A model generated the notes under the pieces. It was not told the origin of the DNA. It was given only the letters and a program-made list of their open reading frames with translations, and made no database searches. This document shows, piece after piece, positions 1 through 7,788 of a stretch of DNA of 20,000 nucleotides; positions within the stretch are counted from its first letter, which is position 1; every line of letters starts with the position of its first letter. Both the position numbers and the translations under genes were made by a program. The stretch comes from an uncultured virus (IMG/VR IMGVR_UViG_3300025894_001089) (lineage: Duplodnaviria > Heunggongvirae > Uroviricota > Caudoviricetes). The DNA lies in the IMG/VR virus record IMGVR_UViG_3300025894_001089. The stretch is one strand, 5' to 3'.

Positions 1-1380
1 AAGATTTCAGCCGTTGATACCAATGATGATATTGAAGGACAGATAGATGCTTTTAGACTTAAGATCAATGACGCAAATACAAAGATTGATACGTTAACAG
101 AGCAAAAATATACTATTGAAACTGAATATCGTAAACTTGAAGCCGAAGTAGGTCCTGTAAAATATATTGCAGAATTTATATACGGTGAAACCGCAGATCG
201 TACTATGCTTGAAGATGCAGTACGTTGGGTTATTGTAATACTTGTATTAGTATTTGACCCGCTGGCTATTTGTTTAATATTGGCTGGTACTCAACAAATC
301 ATATGGGGCCGTAGGCTCAAAGCTGAGACTGTTGAAAAGCCAGACGATCATCCAGATCCAGAACCTGAAAAGGAAACGGATCATGATCCAGAAGAGGATG
401 AGGACCAACAAGAAAAACATCTAGACGCCGATGAAGTCTCCGGCGAACCAAAGAGACTTCAGCTTGAATTGGATCAAGCTACATCTGACTTACACCTTGC
501 CGCGGAACTAGCCGCTGAATTTGAGAGCCGTAATCAACAAGCGGAAACTAGGATTGCTGAATTGGAGAGCGCCTTGGCGCAGGCGGAAGGTGAAGACACA
601 CCTATAGAGGATACAATCATTGAAGAGATTGAAGTTCATGGTGTGGAAATTGACGAACCTGAATACGTTGCTATTGATGAAGATTTAGATGAGACCAAAG
701 AACCGCCAATGCCTGAGCCTTCTGAAAAGTTTCAGAATACTGTTTGGCCGGAAGAACTAGATAAAGATCCAGTAGCAGAAGTTGATTCAGCAATTGAAGA
801 AGTGATTGAAGAAATCGTTATTGAGGATGTTACAAACGAAAGTACGGAAGAACAAATCGAAGACAAAGTACAAGAAGAAGTACAAGAAGTTTCTGATTTG
901 GAAAGTGTCGCACCAGACGAAACCAGGGAACAGTATGTCGAACCAACAACTTTGCTAGACGGTGACAGTTCAGCAACAACTGGTCCACTTTCCAAAGAAG
1001 AAAAAGAAGAAGTAGAACTGCAATTAAAAACAATTGATTACCAAAGAGGTACTGGAAAAGTATTACAAGCAAGTCCACTATTTGAAGCAAAGCCAGACAA
1101 TACTACTGTAATACAAAGTGGTTTTGGTAGTATGTTTCCAAATGACAGTAATGTTAAAAGAGGAGATATGTTTTTAAGAACAGATTATCTACCTAGTAGA
1201 CTGTTCAAATTCAATGGAGATACTTGGATAGAAACATCAAAAACTTTAAGTAACAGTTATGTATATGATACTAAGTACGTAGAGTATTTGATTGACAAAC
1301 TTCAAACAGGAGAGTATGAGCTCGAAGATTTAGAAGATCAAGAACAAGAGCAAATACGAGATTATTTACAGAATGTATAG
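1..1380 (+). CDS. Membrane-anchored phage protein, 5'-truncated (coiled coil, TM helix, long acidic linker, small C-terminal domain)
   Basis: Frame 1 is open from base 1 (KISAVDTNDD...EAEVGPVKYIAEFIYGE) into the listed 205..1380 ORF, so the true start lies upstream. Hydrophobic segment VRWVIVILVLVFDPLAICLILAG, then a D/E-rich region, then a C-terminal GFGSMFP..GDMFLRTDYLPSRLFKFNG.TW domain. Confidence 0.8.
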   Translation, partial: KISAVDTNDDIEGQIDAFRLKINDANTKIDTLTEQKYTIETEYRKLEAEVGPVKYIAEFIYGETADRTMLEDAVRWVIVILVLVFDPLAICLILAGTQQIIWGRRLKAETVEKPDDHPDPEPEKETDHDPEEDEDQQEKHLDADEVSGEPKRLQLELDQATSDLHLAAELAAEFESRNQQAETRIAELESALAQAEGEDTPIEDTIIEEIEVHGVEIDEPEYVAIDEDLDETKEPPMPEPSEKFQNTVWPEELDKDPVAEVDSAIEEVIEEIVIEDVTNESTEEQIEDKVQEEVQEVSDLESVAPDETREQYVEPTTLLDGDSSATTGPLSKEEKEEVELQLKTIDYQRGTGKVLQASPLFEAKPDNTTVIQSGFGSMFPNDSNVKRGDMFLRTDYLPSRLFKFNGDTWIETSKTLSNSYVYDTKYVEYLIDKLQTGEYELEDLEDQEQEQIRDYLQNV

Positions 1381-1756
1381 CAATTTTGTTACACCACCAG
1401 ATTTTGTGGAAGATGATTACCATAGTGTTCTTCTAATAGATCCTGTTGAATCGCAAGTAATGGACATTTCATTACTATGTAAAAGTGTTGGGTCAGATTT
1501 TAATGTCTATGTATACCTTGATCATTACAATGACTATAAATGGTTAGAGGAAGCATTTAACAGAAGTGATTCAGTACTTATTAATACAGTACCGAATTCT
1601 AGTTCAAAAGTTAAGGATAAACTAGTTGAACATCATAAATCACAACATTACGGTCCTAAACGTTTCTTTGATAACGATAGGCGTATTGAACTTCCAATTG
1701 AGTACTTTATAAACTATGTCAAAAAACATTCAACAAGCCAATATGCTGATTTGTAA
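1373..1756 (+). CDS. Hypothetical protein (127 aa)
   Basis: ORF overlaps the preceding stop by 8 nt and fills the gap before clpX; no recognisable motif. Confidence 0.7.
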   Translation: MYSNFVTPPDFVEDDYHSVLLIDPVESQVMDISLLCKSVGSDFNVYVYLDHYNDYKWLEEAFNRSDSVLINTVPNSSSKVKDKLVEHHKSQHYGPKRFFDNDRRIELPIEYFINYVKKHSTSQYADL

Positions 1757-2969
1757 TTTTTGCGAGAAAGCAAAAAACGAAGTCAATAAACTTATAGTCG
1801 CAGATGGTGCGGCCATTTGTAATGAATGTATAGAGACTTGCTCAGGTATTATCACTAACGAAAAGTATACCGCAAGGTACAAAAAGTCGGGTATTTTTAA
1901 GAGTCTTGACCCGCTAAGAGTTAAAAAATACCTCGATGAGTTCATCATTGGCCAGGATAGTGCAAAAGAAGCTATCAGTGTAGCAATTATAAATCATTAT
2001 AAAAGACTGTTCTATAATACAACAATTGAGTTAGAAAAAAGCAATGTTCTATTACACGGTCCAACTGGTAATGGTAAAACAATGCTGGCTAGAATTGTGG
2101 CTAAGTTTTTAGAAGTGCCTTTTGTAGTATGTGATGCTACTACACTTACTGAAGCAGGTTATATAGGCGAGGACTCAAGCAGTGTCATTGAACGATTATT
2201 AATGGCCGCTGATGGTGACCTTGAACATGCAGAACGTGGCATTATTTTTATTGACGAGATTGACAAGATTGGTCGTGTAGCAGATGCACACGGAAGTGTT
2301 GGGCGTGACGTCGGTGGCGAAGGTGTGCAACAAAGTTTACTAAAAATACTTGAAGGCGGAGATATAAAAGTATCTTATAACGACGGAAATCATAAAGAAG
2401 AAATTGACTTTAATACCAAAGATGTACTTTTTATTGCCGCAGGTGCTTTTCCTGATTTACAAAAGATAGCATCTAATAATGCAAATAAAGGATCAACAAT
2501 AGGATTCGCATCAACGATTCCGGATCCTAATCAAGTAGTAACTCCAAAGATAACAGATTTTGTGCAATACGGAATGATACCTGAGTTCATGGGACGGTTT
2601 CCTATTACAATACAAGTTAAAGAATTAACTGACCACGAAATGCGTCGAGTGCTAACTGAGCCTAGAAACAATCTTATCAAACAATATTTTTTCTATTTTG
2701 ATGTTGACGGTGTTAAGTTAGAATTTAGCCATGATGCTATTGATGCTGTTATAGAATTAACTGCTAAAGAAAAAATTGGAGCCAGAGGACTTCGTGCAAT
2801 CATTGAAAAAGTATTGCACCCACATATGTTCAATTTGAGAAATTTAAAAAATAGTAACGTAAAGAAACTAACTATTACAGCCGACACAGTATTAAAACAA
2901 CAACAACCAATACTTGAATACCACGACGAAAGGGGAATAGAAAATGACACAATTGAGCTTGGATCTTAG
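1716..2969 (+). CDS. clpX: ClpX-family AAA+ unfoldase (ATP-binding subunit of Clp protease)
   Basis: N-terminal C4 zinc domain (CNFC...ICNECIETC), Walker A GPTGNGKT, DATTLTEAGYIGED, Walker B IIFIDEIDKI, RDVGGEGVQQSLLKILEG, IGF loop, PEFMGRFP, GARGLR. The start could alternatively be the ATG at 1743. Confidence 0.96.
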   Translation: MSKNIQQANMLICNFCEKAKNEVNKLIVADGAAICNECIETCSGIITNEKYTARYKKSGIFKSLDPLRVKKYLDEFIIGQDSAKEAISVAIINHYKRLFYNTTIELEKSNVLLHGPTGNGKTMLARIVAKFLEVPFVVCDATTLTEAGYIGEDSSSVIERLLMAADGDLEHAERGIIFIDEIDKIGRVADAHGSVGRDVGGEGVQQSLLKILEGGDIKVSYNDGNHKEEIDFNTKDVLFIAAGAFPDLQKIASNNANKGSTIGFASTIPDPNQVVTPKITDFVQYGMIPEFMGRFPITIQVKELTDHEMRRVLTEPRNNLIKQYFFYFDVDGVKLEFSHDAIDAVIELTAKEKIGARGLRAIIEKVLHPHMFNLRNLKNSNVKKLTITADTVLKQQQPILEYHDERGIENDTIELGS

Positions 2970-3360
2970 TATATCGGGAGACCAATATGAGTTTGACCTG
3001 GGAGACGAACCTGTTACTAATACTATCACTATCACTGCTCCTGATACGGTAAATGCATCGTTTACGTTGAATTCATCTTATGTAGGCGGTTCCACTATTA
3101 CTGTACCAACGAGTAGCATTACTACCAATTCGGGTTTTAATAATTGGCTTACCACGCAAGAAAATTCAACGTTGACTGCTGATGACCTTGAAGTTCAAAA
3201 TGACATTTTAATTGGTGGTAAAAGTGTAAATGCAACTCTTGAAGCTATTTGTAAGCATTTGGGAGTAATTGTACCAAAAGAAGGCGATTTAGATACGCCG
3301 GGTCTCAAAGACCTATACGAAAAGTATGAAATTTTATCCAGTTTGGTAAAAAAATCATAA
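2944..3360 (+). CDS. Hypothetical protein (138 aa, Thr/Ser-rich N-terminal half)
   Basis: ORF with a purine-rich AGGGGA upstream, overlapping the clpX end; no clear family. Confidence 0.65.
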   Translation: MTQLSLDLSISGDQYEFDLGDEPVTNTITITAPDTVNASFTLNSSYVGGSTITVPTSSITTNSGFNNWLTTQENSTLTADDLEVQNDILIGGKSVNATLEAICKHLGVIVPKEGDLDTPGLKDLYEKYEILSSLVKKS

Positions 3361-3378
3361 ATAATTTTGTAGAAGCTC

Positions 3379-3407
3379 TTGACTTTTAACGTAAGAGTAA
3401 CTATATT
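3379..3407 (+). promoter_or_regulatory. Sigma70-type (possibly sigma32-compatible) promoter of hsp20
   Basis: TTGACT (3379-3384), 17 nt, TATATT (3402-3407); places the transcript start just before the leader hairpins. Confidence 0.65.
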
Positions 3408-3413
3408 ATATAT

Positions 3414-3474
3414 GTAGGTGCCGATTAGCGGGCCTACTTACATTAATCTTGCTTAATAAAGGAGATAGCAAATG
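3414..3474 (+). promoter_or_regulatory. ROSE-like RNA thermometer in the hsp20 5'UTR
   Basis: Hairpin 1: GTAGGTgCCG-ATTAG-CGGGCCTAC (3414-3437). Hairpin 2: ATCTTGCTT-AATA-AAGGAGAT (3446-3466), pairing a UUGCU motif with the Shine-Dalgarno and leaving G3451 bulged, which is the ROSE hallmark. Confidence 0.75.
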
Positions 3475-3900
3475 AATAGATTAACAACTCTCGACCTCAA
3501 TAAACTCACCCCACATGCACTAGGTTTTGATAGCCTATTTGATGGACTGCTACGTCAAGTAGAACATGCTCCACAACAGGGGTTCCCACCTTATAACATT
3601 CGTCAAGATGAAAACAAGTTTCAAATTGAAATGGCTCTCGCTGGTGTAGAACTAGATGATCTTGATATTGAAACTGCTGAAGGAGTATTGACTATAGTTC
3701 ATGATCCTAAATCAGATTCTGACGAAGAAACAATGTTGCATAGAGGTATTGCAATTCGTAAATTTAAACGAAGTTTTACCCTTGCTGATGATGTACTAGT
3801 TAAAGGTGCCCGTATGAAGAACGGTATGTTGTTCATTGAACTAGAGAAGATCATTCCTGAAGAAAAGATGCCCAAAAAGATTGCAATTTCTTCAAGCTAG
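3472..3900 (+). CDS. ibpA: Small heat-shock protein, Hsp20/IbpA family
   Basis: GFDSLFD, FPPYNI, IEMALAG, LHRGIAIRKFKRSFTLAD, ARMKNGMLFIELEKIIPEEKMPKKIAI; strong SD AAGGAG. Confidence 0.95.
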   Translation: MNRLTTLDLNKLTPHALGFDSLFDGLLRQVEHAPQQGFPPYNIRQDENKFQIEMALAGVELDDLDIETAEGVLTIVHDPKSDSDEETMLHRGIAIRKFKRSFTLADDVLVKGARMKNGMLFIELEKIIPEEKMPKKIAISSS

Positions 3901-3922
3901 TCGTATACTCAGTTAGATAAAA

Positions 3923-3964
3923 AGGTGCATAGGATCAGTTTATAATAATTGGTCCTATGCACTT
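3923..3964 (+). terminator. Long stem-loop after hsp20 (terminator or processing/stabilising hairpin)
   Basis: AGGTGCATAGGATCAGTT / TATAAT / AATTGGTCCTATGCACTT gives an 18-bp stem whose only non-Watson-Crick pairs are G-U on the + strand. No clear U tract follows. Confidence 0.6.
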
Positions 3965-3972
3965 AATTTAAG

Positions 3973-3981
3973 TAAATAGTA
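3973..3981 (+). promoter_or_regulatory. Candidate late-promoter box TAAATA(GTA) upstream of clpS
   Basis: Intergenic TAAATAGTA, similar to the T4-type late promoter TATAAATA. The same core recurs at 7721, 9373-9381 (-) and 13325. Confidence 0.45.
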
Positions 3982-4008
3982 TTATTAACATTTAAGGGTT
4001 ATTAACTG

Positions 4009-4326
4009 ATGACAGACGCACTACCAGAACAAGAAGTTAAGAAGAAAACTAAAGCAAAAGAAAATCTTAGAGAGCCGGTGCGTTTTCGTGTAATTTACAT
4101 CAACGATGAAGTTACCACAACTGAATTTGTTGTTGAAACATTGAAGACTATTTTTGATTATGATGAGCAACCAGCCGTTGCACTTACTCACAAAATACAT
4201 CAAGATGGTCTTGCAACAGTAGCAGTATTACCTTTTGAAATGGCTGAACAAAAAGGTGTTGAAGTTACAATACTAGCACGAAATCACGGTTTCCCTTTAC
4301 AAATAAAGATTGAACCAGATCAATGA
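4009..4326 (+). CDS. clpS: ClpS N-degron adaptor
   Basis: FRVIYINDEVTTTEFVVETLKTIF, KIHQDG.A, EMAEQK, ARNHGFPLQIKIEP match the ClpS core. Confidence 0.93.
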   Translation: MTDALPEQEVKKKTKAKENLREPVRFRVIYINDEVTTTEFVVETLKTIFDYDEQPAVALTHKIHQDGLATVAVLPFEMAEQKGVEVTILARNHGFPLQIKIEPDQ

Positions 4327-4802
4327 TATTTGCAAAAGCAAAAGAATTAAGAGATGAAGGCAAAACAGTAGGTATTACATTTAGTCAGTTTGACTTGTTA
4401 CATGCAGGACATGTAGCAATGTTAAGTGAAGCTAAAAATCATTGTGATTATCTAATTGCTGGATTACAAAACGATGCCAGTGCAGTTGGACGCCCTGGTA
4501 AAAATACACCTATTCAAAGTATAGTTGAACGACAAATTATGTTAAGCAGTCAACGTTGGGTTGATGAAATTGTTGTTTATAACACTGAGTCAGACATCGA
4601 CGATATCTTACTTACACTTCCAATTGATGTAAGAATTATTGGTGTTGAATATAAATCCAAGGGGTTTACTGGTGATCAAATCTGTAAAGATAGAAATATT
4701 AAAATAGTATACAACACACGAGATCATAGTTTCAGTAGTTCCGGGTTACGACAACGTGTAACATTAATGGAAGAACAAAACAACCGTGAAATTATATCAT
4801 GA
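4323..4802 (+). CDS. Cytidylyltransferase-family nucleotidyltransferase (TagD/RfaE-II-like)
   Basis: FDLLHAGH (HxGH), CDYLIAGL, PIQSIVER, WVDEIVVY, RDHSFSSSGLR; ATGA overlap with clpS. Confidence 0.88.
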   Translation: MIFAKAKELRDEGKTVGITFSQFDLLHAGHVAMLSEAKNHCDYLIAGLQNDASAVGRPGKNTPIQSIVERQIMLSSQRWVDEIVVYNTESDIDDILLTLPIDVRIIGVEYKSKGFTGDQICKDRNIKIVYNTRDHSFSSSGLRQRVTLMEEQNNREIIS

Positions 4803-5697
4803 TGAGAATGTTCCTGATGATGCATCTGATGAACATAGAGAAGTATATCTAAAATTACCTGGAAATGAAGACTTTGAAACCATGCTTGATAAGTGTGGTG
4901 GCAAGTTAATAAATGACCATATCTTGCACTTTCCGGTTAATGGTACTAAAACTGTTATACTCATAGCTGGTGGTCGCGGAGCATTAGAAATTCGCAAAGA
5001 CTGGGATTTCCCAGCAGGACACCTAGTTCCAAGTAGTTTGGTTCCACATTTCCAAGAACAAGGATACAATGTAACACTGGTACACAGTGGCGATTATCCA
5101 TTGCCTTGGCTTATTAATGTATTATTTTCTAAGATTCCTGGATTAGTGTTAAATGATAGATTTCAATTACCAAAAGTTTGGATGGAAAAAAATGCAACTT
5201 TCAATCTTAAACGTGCATTACATGCAGTACATGTAATTAGTAAAGAACTTAAACGTGCCGTTGATATGAGCGATGTTCCAGTCTGGTTAATGGGACAATG
5301 TAGTAGTAATTATATTATGTCAAGATACTATCATCATTTCCAAGATACATCTCCAATCGAAGGACTTATATTTTCTGCTGTGAATAGCCCTCCTACTCAA
5401 CTAGGAAAATATGCTAAAAACTATTATGATCGTTGTAATTTTTTCAGACGGGATCAGCGGGTTACAGTACCTTTACATATTATACATCATGAACTAGATA
5501 TATCAGATTACACTGATATTCCAACATGTCAGCTTATACTTGATCAATTTGAATTTGTTCAAAGCAGTTTAAATATTGTAAGTGGAGGGTACAACGAAGG
5601 TCACCCTAAAATGAACTTTGGACATCATGGATTTAGAGGAATTGAAAAAGAAATTGCCCATTTGTCAATCAAACTAATGAATTCAATTGACAACTAA
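4786..5697 (+). CDS. Alpha/beta-hydrolase-fold protein, atypical nucleophile elbow
   Basis: VILIAGGRG, PVWLMGQCSS, PLHIIHHELD, VSGG...HHGFRGIE follow the order of alpha/beta hydrolase motifs; GTG start. Confidence 0.6.
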   Translation: MKLYHDENVPDDASDEHREVYLKLPGNEDFETMLDKCGGKLINDHILHFPVNGTKTVILIAGGRGALEIRKDWDFPAGHLVPSSLVPHFQEQGYNVTLVHSGDYPLPWLINVLFSKIPGLVLNDRFQLPKVWMEKNATFNLKRALHAVHVISKELKRAVDMSDVPVWLMGQCSSNYIMSRYYHHFQDTSPIEGLIFSAVNSPPTQLGKYAKNYYDRCNFFRRDQRVTVPLHIIHHELDISDYTDIPTCQLILDQFEFVQSSLNIVSGGYNEGHPKMNFGHHGFRGIEKEIAHLSIKLMNSIDN

Positions 5698-5714
5698 CTA
5701 TAATGTGTTATAAT
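5687..5714 (+). promoter_or_regulatory. Consensus sigma70 (early) promoter with extended -10
   Basis: TTGACA (5687-5692), 16 nt, TATAAT (5709-5714) preceded by TGn. Confidence 0.8.
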
Positions 5715-5742
5715 AAAGACTGTAATTAGATAGGAAGAATTT

Positions 5743-6273
5743 ATGGACTTAATGTTGGATATTGAAACACTAGGCACTAGACCCAAGTGTGTTGTATTAA
5801 CTATTGGCGTTGTGAAGTTTGATCCTCGCAAACCCGGAACTAAACAAACATTATATTTAAAACCAAATATTGATGAACAATCAAATTTAGGTAGAGAAAT
5901 ACAAGAAGATACTGTAGCATGGTGGGAACAACAAGCCGACGATGTTAAAGAAGAAGCACTTAGCAATGACAATCGAATCTCAGTAACTGAAACATTAAAA
6001 GAACTTAACAAGTTTTTTGTCGGTGCTAACAATATGTGGGCTCAAGGTCCTGCATTTGATTTTGTTATTATGGAAGATCTTTACAGAGATTTTAATATGC
6101 CTACTCCTTGGAATTTTTGGCAGATTAGAGATAGTCGTACACTATTTGGTGTACACGGCGACCCAAGGCAAAAAGGTAAAGCAGGACTACACAATGCACT
6201 AGAAGATGCAATTAGCCAAGCTGAAGCAGTACAGACAGTATTCAAACGAATAGGATTTAGTCATGCGTATTGA
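5743..6273 (+). CDS. DEDDh 3'-5' exonuclease (Rv2179c/RNase AS-like phage family)
   Basis: MLDIETLG (ExoI), WAQGPAFD (ExoII), RDSRT, HNALEDA (ExoIII). Confidence 0.88.
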   Translation: MDLMLDIETLGTRPKCVVLTIGVVKFDPRKPGTKQTLYLKPNIDEQSNLGREIQEDTVAWWEQQADDVKEEALSNDNRISVTETLKELNKFFVGANNMWAQGPAFDFVIMEDLYRDFNMPTPWNFWQIRDSRTLFGVHGDPRQKGKAGLHNALEDAISQAEAVQTVFKRIGFSHAY

Positions 6274-7408
6274 AAGTGATGTCAAGTTAGATTATAACAA
6301 TGTACTGATTAGACCTAAACGTTCAACTCTAGGTAGTCGTAAAGAAGTTGACTTATCACGAAAATTTAAATTCCGCAACTATGGCGGAGGATTTGATCTT
6401 GGTCAATATGATTATGAAGGCGTGCCAATTATGGCGGCTAACATGGATGGTGTTGGTACGTTTGAAATGGCTGAAACATTGGCAAAAAAGAAAATGTTTA
6501 CTTGTCTTGCAAAATCATATACCGGTGATGATATAATCAATTGGCTTAACACATCAACAAATAATATTGCTGATATATCAGACTACTTTGCATATAGCAT
6601 GGGCATTGTTGAACAGGATCTTGACAAGTTTGACTATGTTTATAGCTCTTATCCTGAAATGATTAAATACGTTTGTGTTGATGTAGCCAATGGTTATAGT
6701 GAACGATTTGTAGACTTTATTAGAAATCTACGTAAAGAGTATCCAAACATTGTTATTATTGCAGGTAATGTAGTGACAGCAGATCAGACTCAGGAGTTGC
6801 TTCTAAATGGAGCCGACATTATTAAGGTGGGCATTGGTCCTGGTAGTGTTTGCACTACTCGTATACAGACTGGTGTGGGATATCCCCAACTTTCCGCTGT
6901 CATTGAATGTGCTGATGCGGCTCACGGTCTTGGTGGCCTTATTATCGCTGATGGTGGATGTACTTGTCCTGGAGATGTGGCAAAGGCTTTTGCAGGCGGC
7001 GCTGACTTTGTAATGCTCGGGGGTATGTTGTCTGGACATGTTGAAGGTGGCGGCGAGGTAATTACTAAGATTTACGAAACTAACGAAGTAACTAAAACTG
7101 ATGACGGATTCTTTGAATTAGTTTATGAAGAAAAACAGTTTGTACAGTTCTACGGTATGAGTAGCAAAGCCGCAAACGAAAAACACTTTGGCGGGCTTAA
7201 AGAATATCGAAGTAGCGAAGGTCGTGAAGTACTGGTTCCTTTTAAAGGAGAAGTAGGAAATACAGTACAAGATTTGTTGGGTGGTATCCGAAGTACTTGT
7301 ACATATGTTGGAGCAAACAATCTTAAACAACTAAGTAAGTGTACAACTTTTATAATTGCACAAAGTCAATATAACTCTGTGTACGAACATATGGATACAT
7401 CAAAATGA
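6263..7408 (+). CDS. guaC: GMP reductase (type 1)
   Basis: [27 protein letters not shown]-terminus, [59 protein letters not shown]; no CBS domains. Confidence 0.96.
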   Translation: MRIESDVKLDYNNVLIRPKRSTLGSRKEVDLSRKFKFRNYGGGFDLGQYDYEGVPIMAANMDGVGTFEMAETLAKKKMFTCLAKSYTGDDIINWLNTSTNNIADISDYFAYSMGIVEQDLDKFDYVYSSYPEMIKYVCVDVANGYSERFVDFIRNLRKEYPNIVIIAGNVVTADQTQELLLNGADIIKVGIGPGSVCTTRIQTGVGYPQLSAVIECADAAHGLGGLIIADGGCTCPGDVAKAFAGGADFVMLGGMLSGHVEGGGEVITKIYETNEVTKTDDGFFELVYEEKQFVQFYGMSSKAANEKHFGGLKEYRSSEGREVLVPFKGEVGNTVQDLLGGIRSTCTYVGANNLKQLSKCTTFIIAQSQYNSVYEHMDTSK

Positions 7409-7716
7409 ATATAATTATTGGTAAGGAAATAGCTGAAGAGCTAGGAAAAAAGTATACAGTATTGCCTCTTGAACAACTAGAACGAGAAGGACAAATCATT
7501 GATGCTTTTTGTGTTATTCCTGCTGATAAGATTAACCTTGGCGAAATGGTTGCACTTGATGCTAACGTTAGAATGCACCATGCTTTCAATGAAGCATATG
7601 CCAACGAAGACTGGGATAAAATGAAAGAAATTGCCGAACACCTAATAGGTAAGTTTGGTGGTGAATGTGATACATTTTATGAAGAATTGCTTAATAGACA
7701 GCCCACTGAAGCATAA
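7405..7716 (+). CDS. Hypothetical protein (103 aa)
   Basis: ATGA overlap with guaC; helical C-terminus; no confident family. Confidence 0.7.
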   Translation: MNIIIGKEIAEELGKKYTVLPLEQLEREGQIIDAFCVIPADKINLGEMVALDANVRMHHAFNEAYANEDWDKMKEIAEHLIGKFGGECDTFYEELLNRQPTEA

Positions 7717-7720
7717 ATTA

Positions 7721-7773
7721 ATAAATACCATTGTAAAAATCAATAACAGATTACTTAATGATCATAAGTAGTC
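7721..7773 (+). promoter_or_regulatory. ATAAATA box plus leader hairpin upstream of the bL33 gene
   Basis: ATAAATA at 7721-7727; GATTACTTA-ATGATCA-TAAGTAGTC (7749-7773, 9-bp stem with one U-G pair) ends 2 nt before SD AAGGA (7776-7780). Confidence 0.5.
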
Positions 7774-7788
7774 AGAAGGAAATCAGTG

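Noticed and set aside
732..1090. Minus-strand ORFs 732..995 and 830..1090
   Set aside because: Ser- and Leu-rich antisense shadows of the Glu-rich plus-strand gene.
3370..3400. CTCTT...AAGAG dyad over the hsp20 promoter as a CIRCE/HrcA operator
   Set aside because: Does not match TTAGCACTC-N9-GAGTGCTAA; only a 5-bp arm.
6263..7408. IMP dehydrogenase (guaB) assignment
   Set aside because: The N-terminus, ANGYSE, SVCTTR and YRSSEG motifs are those of type 1 GMP reductase.
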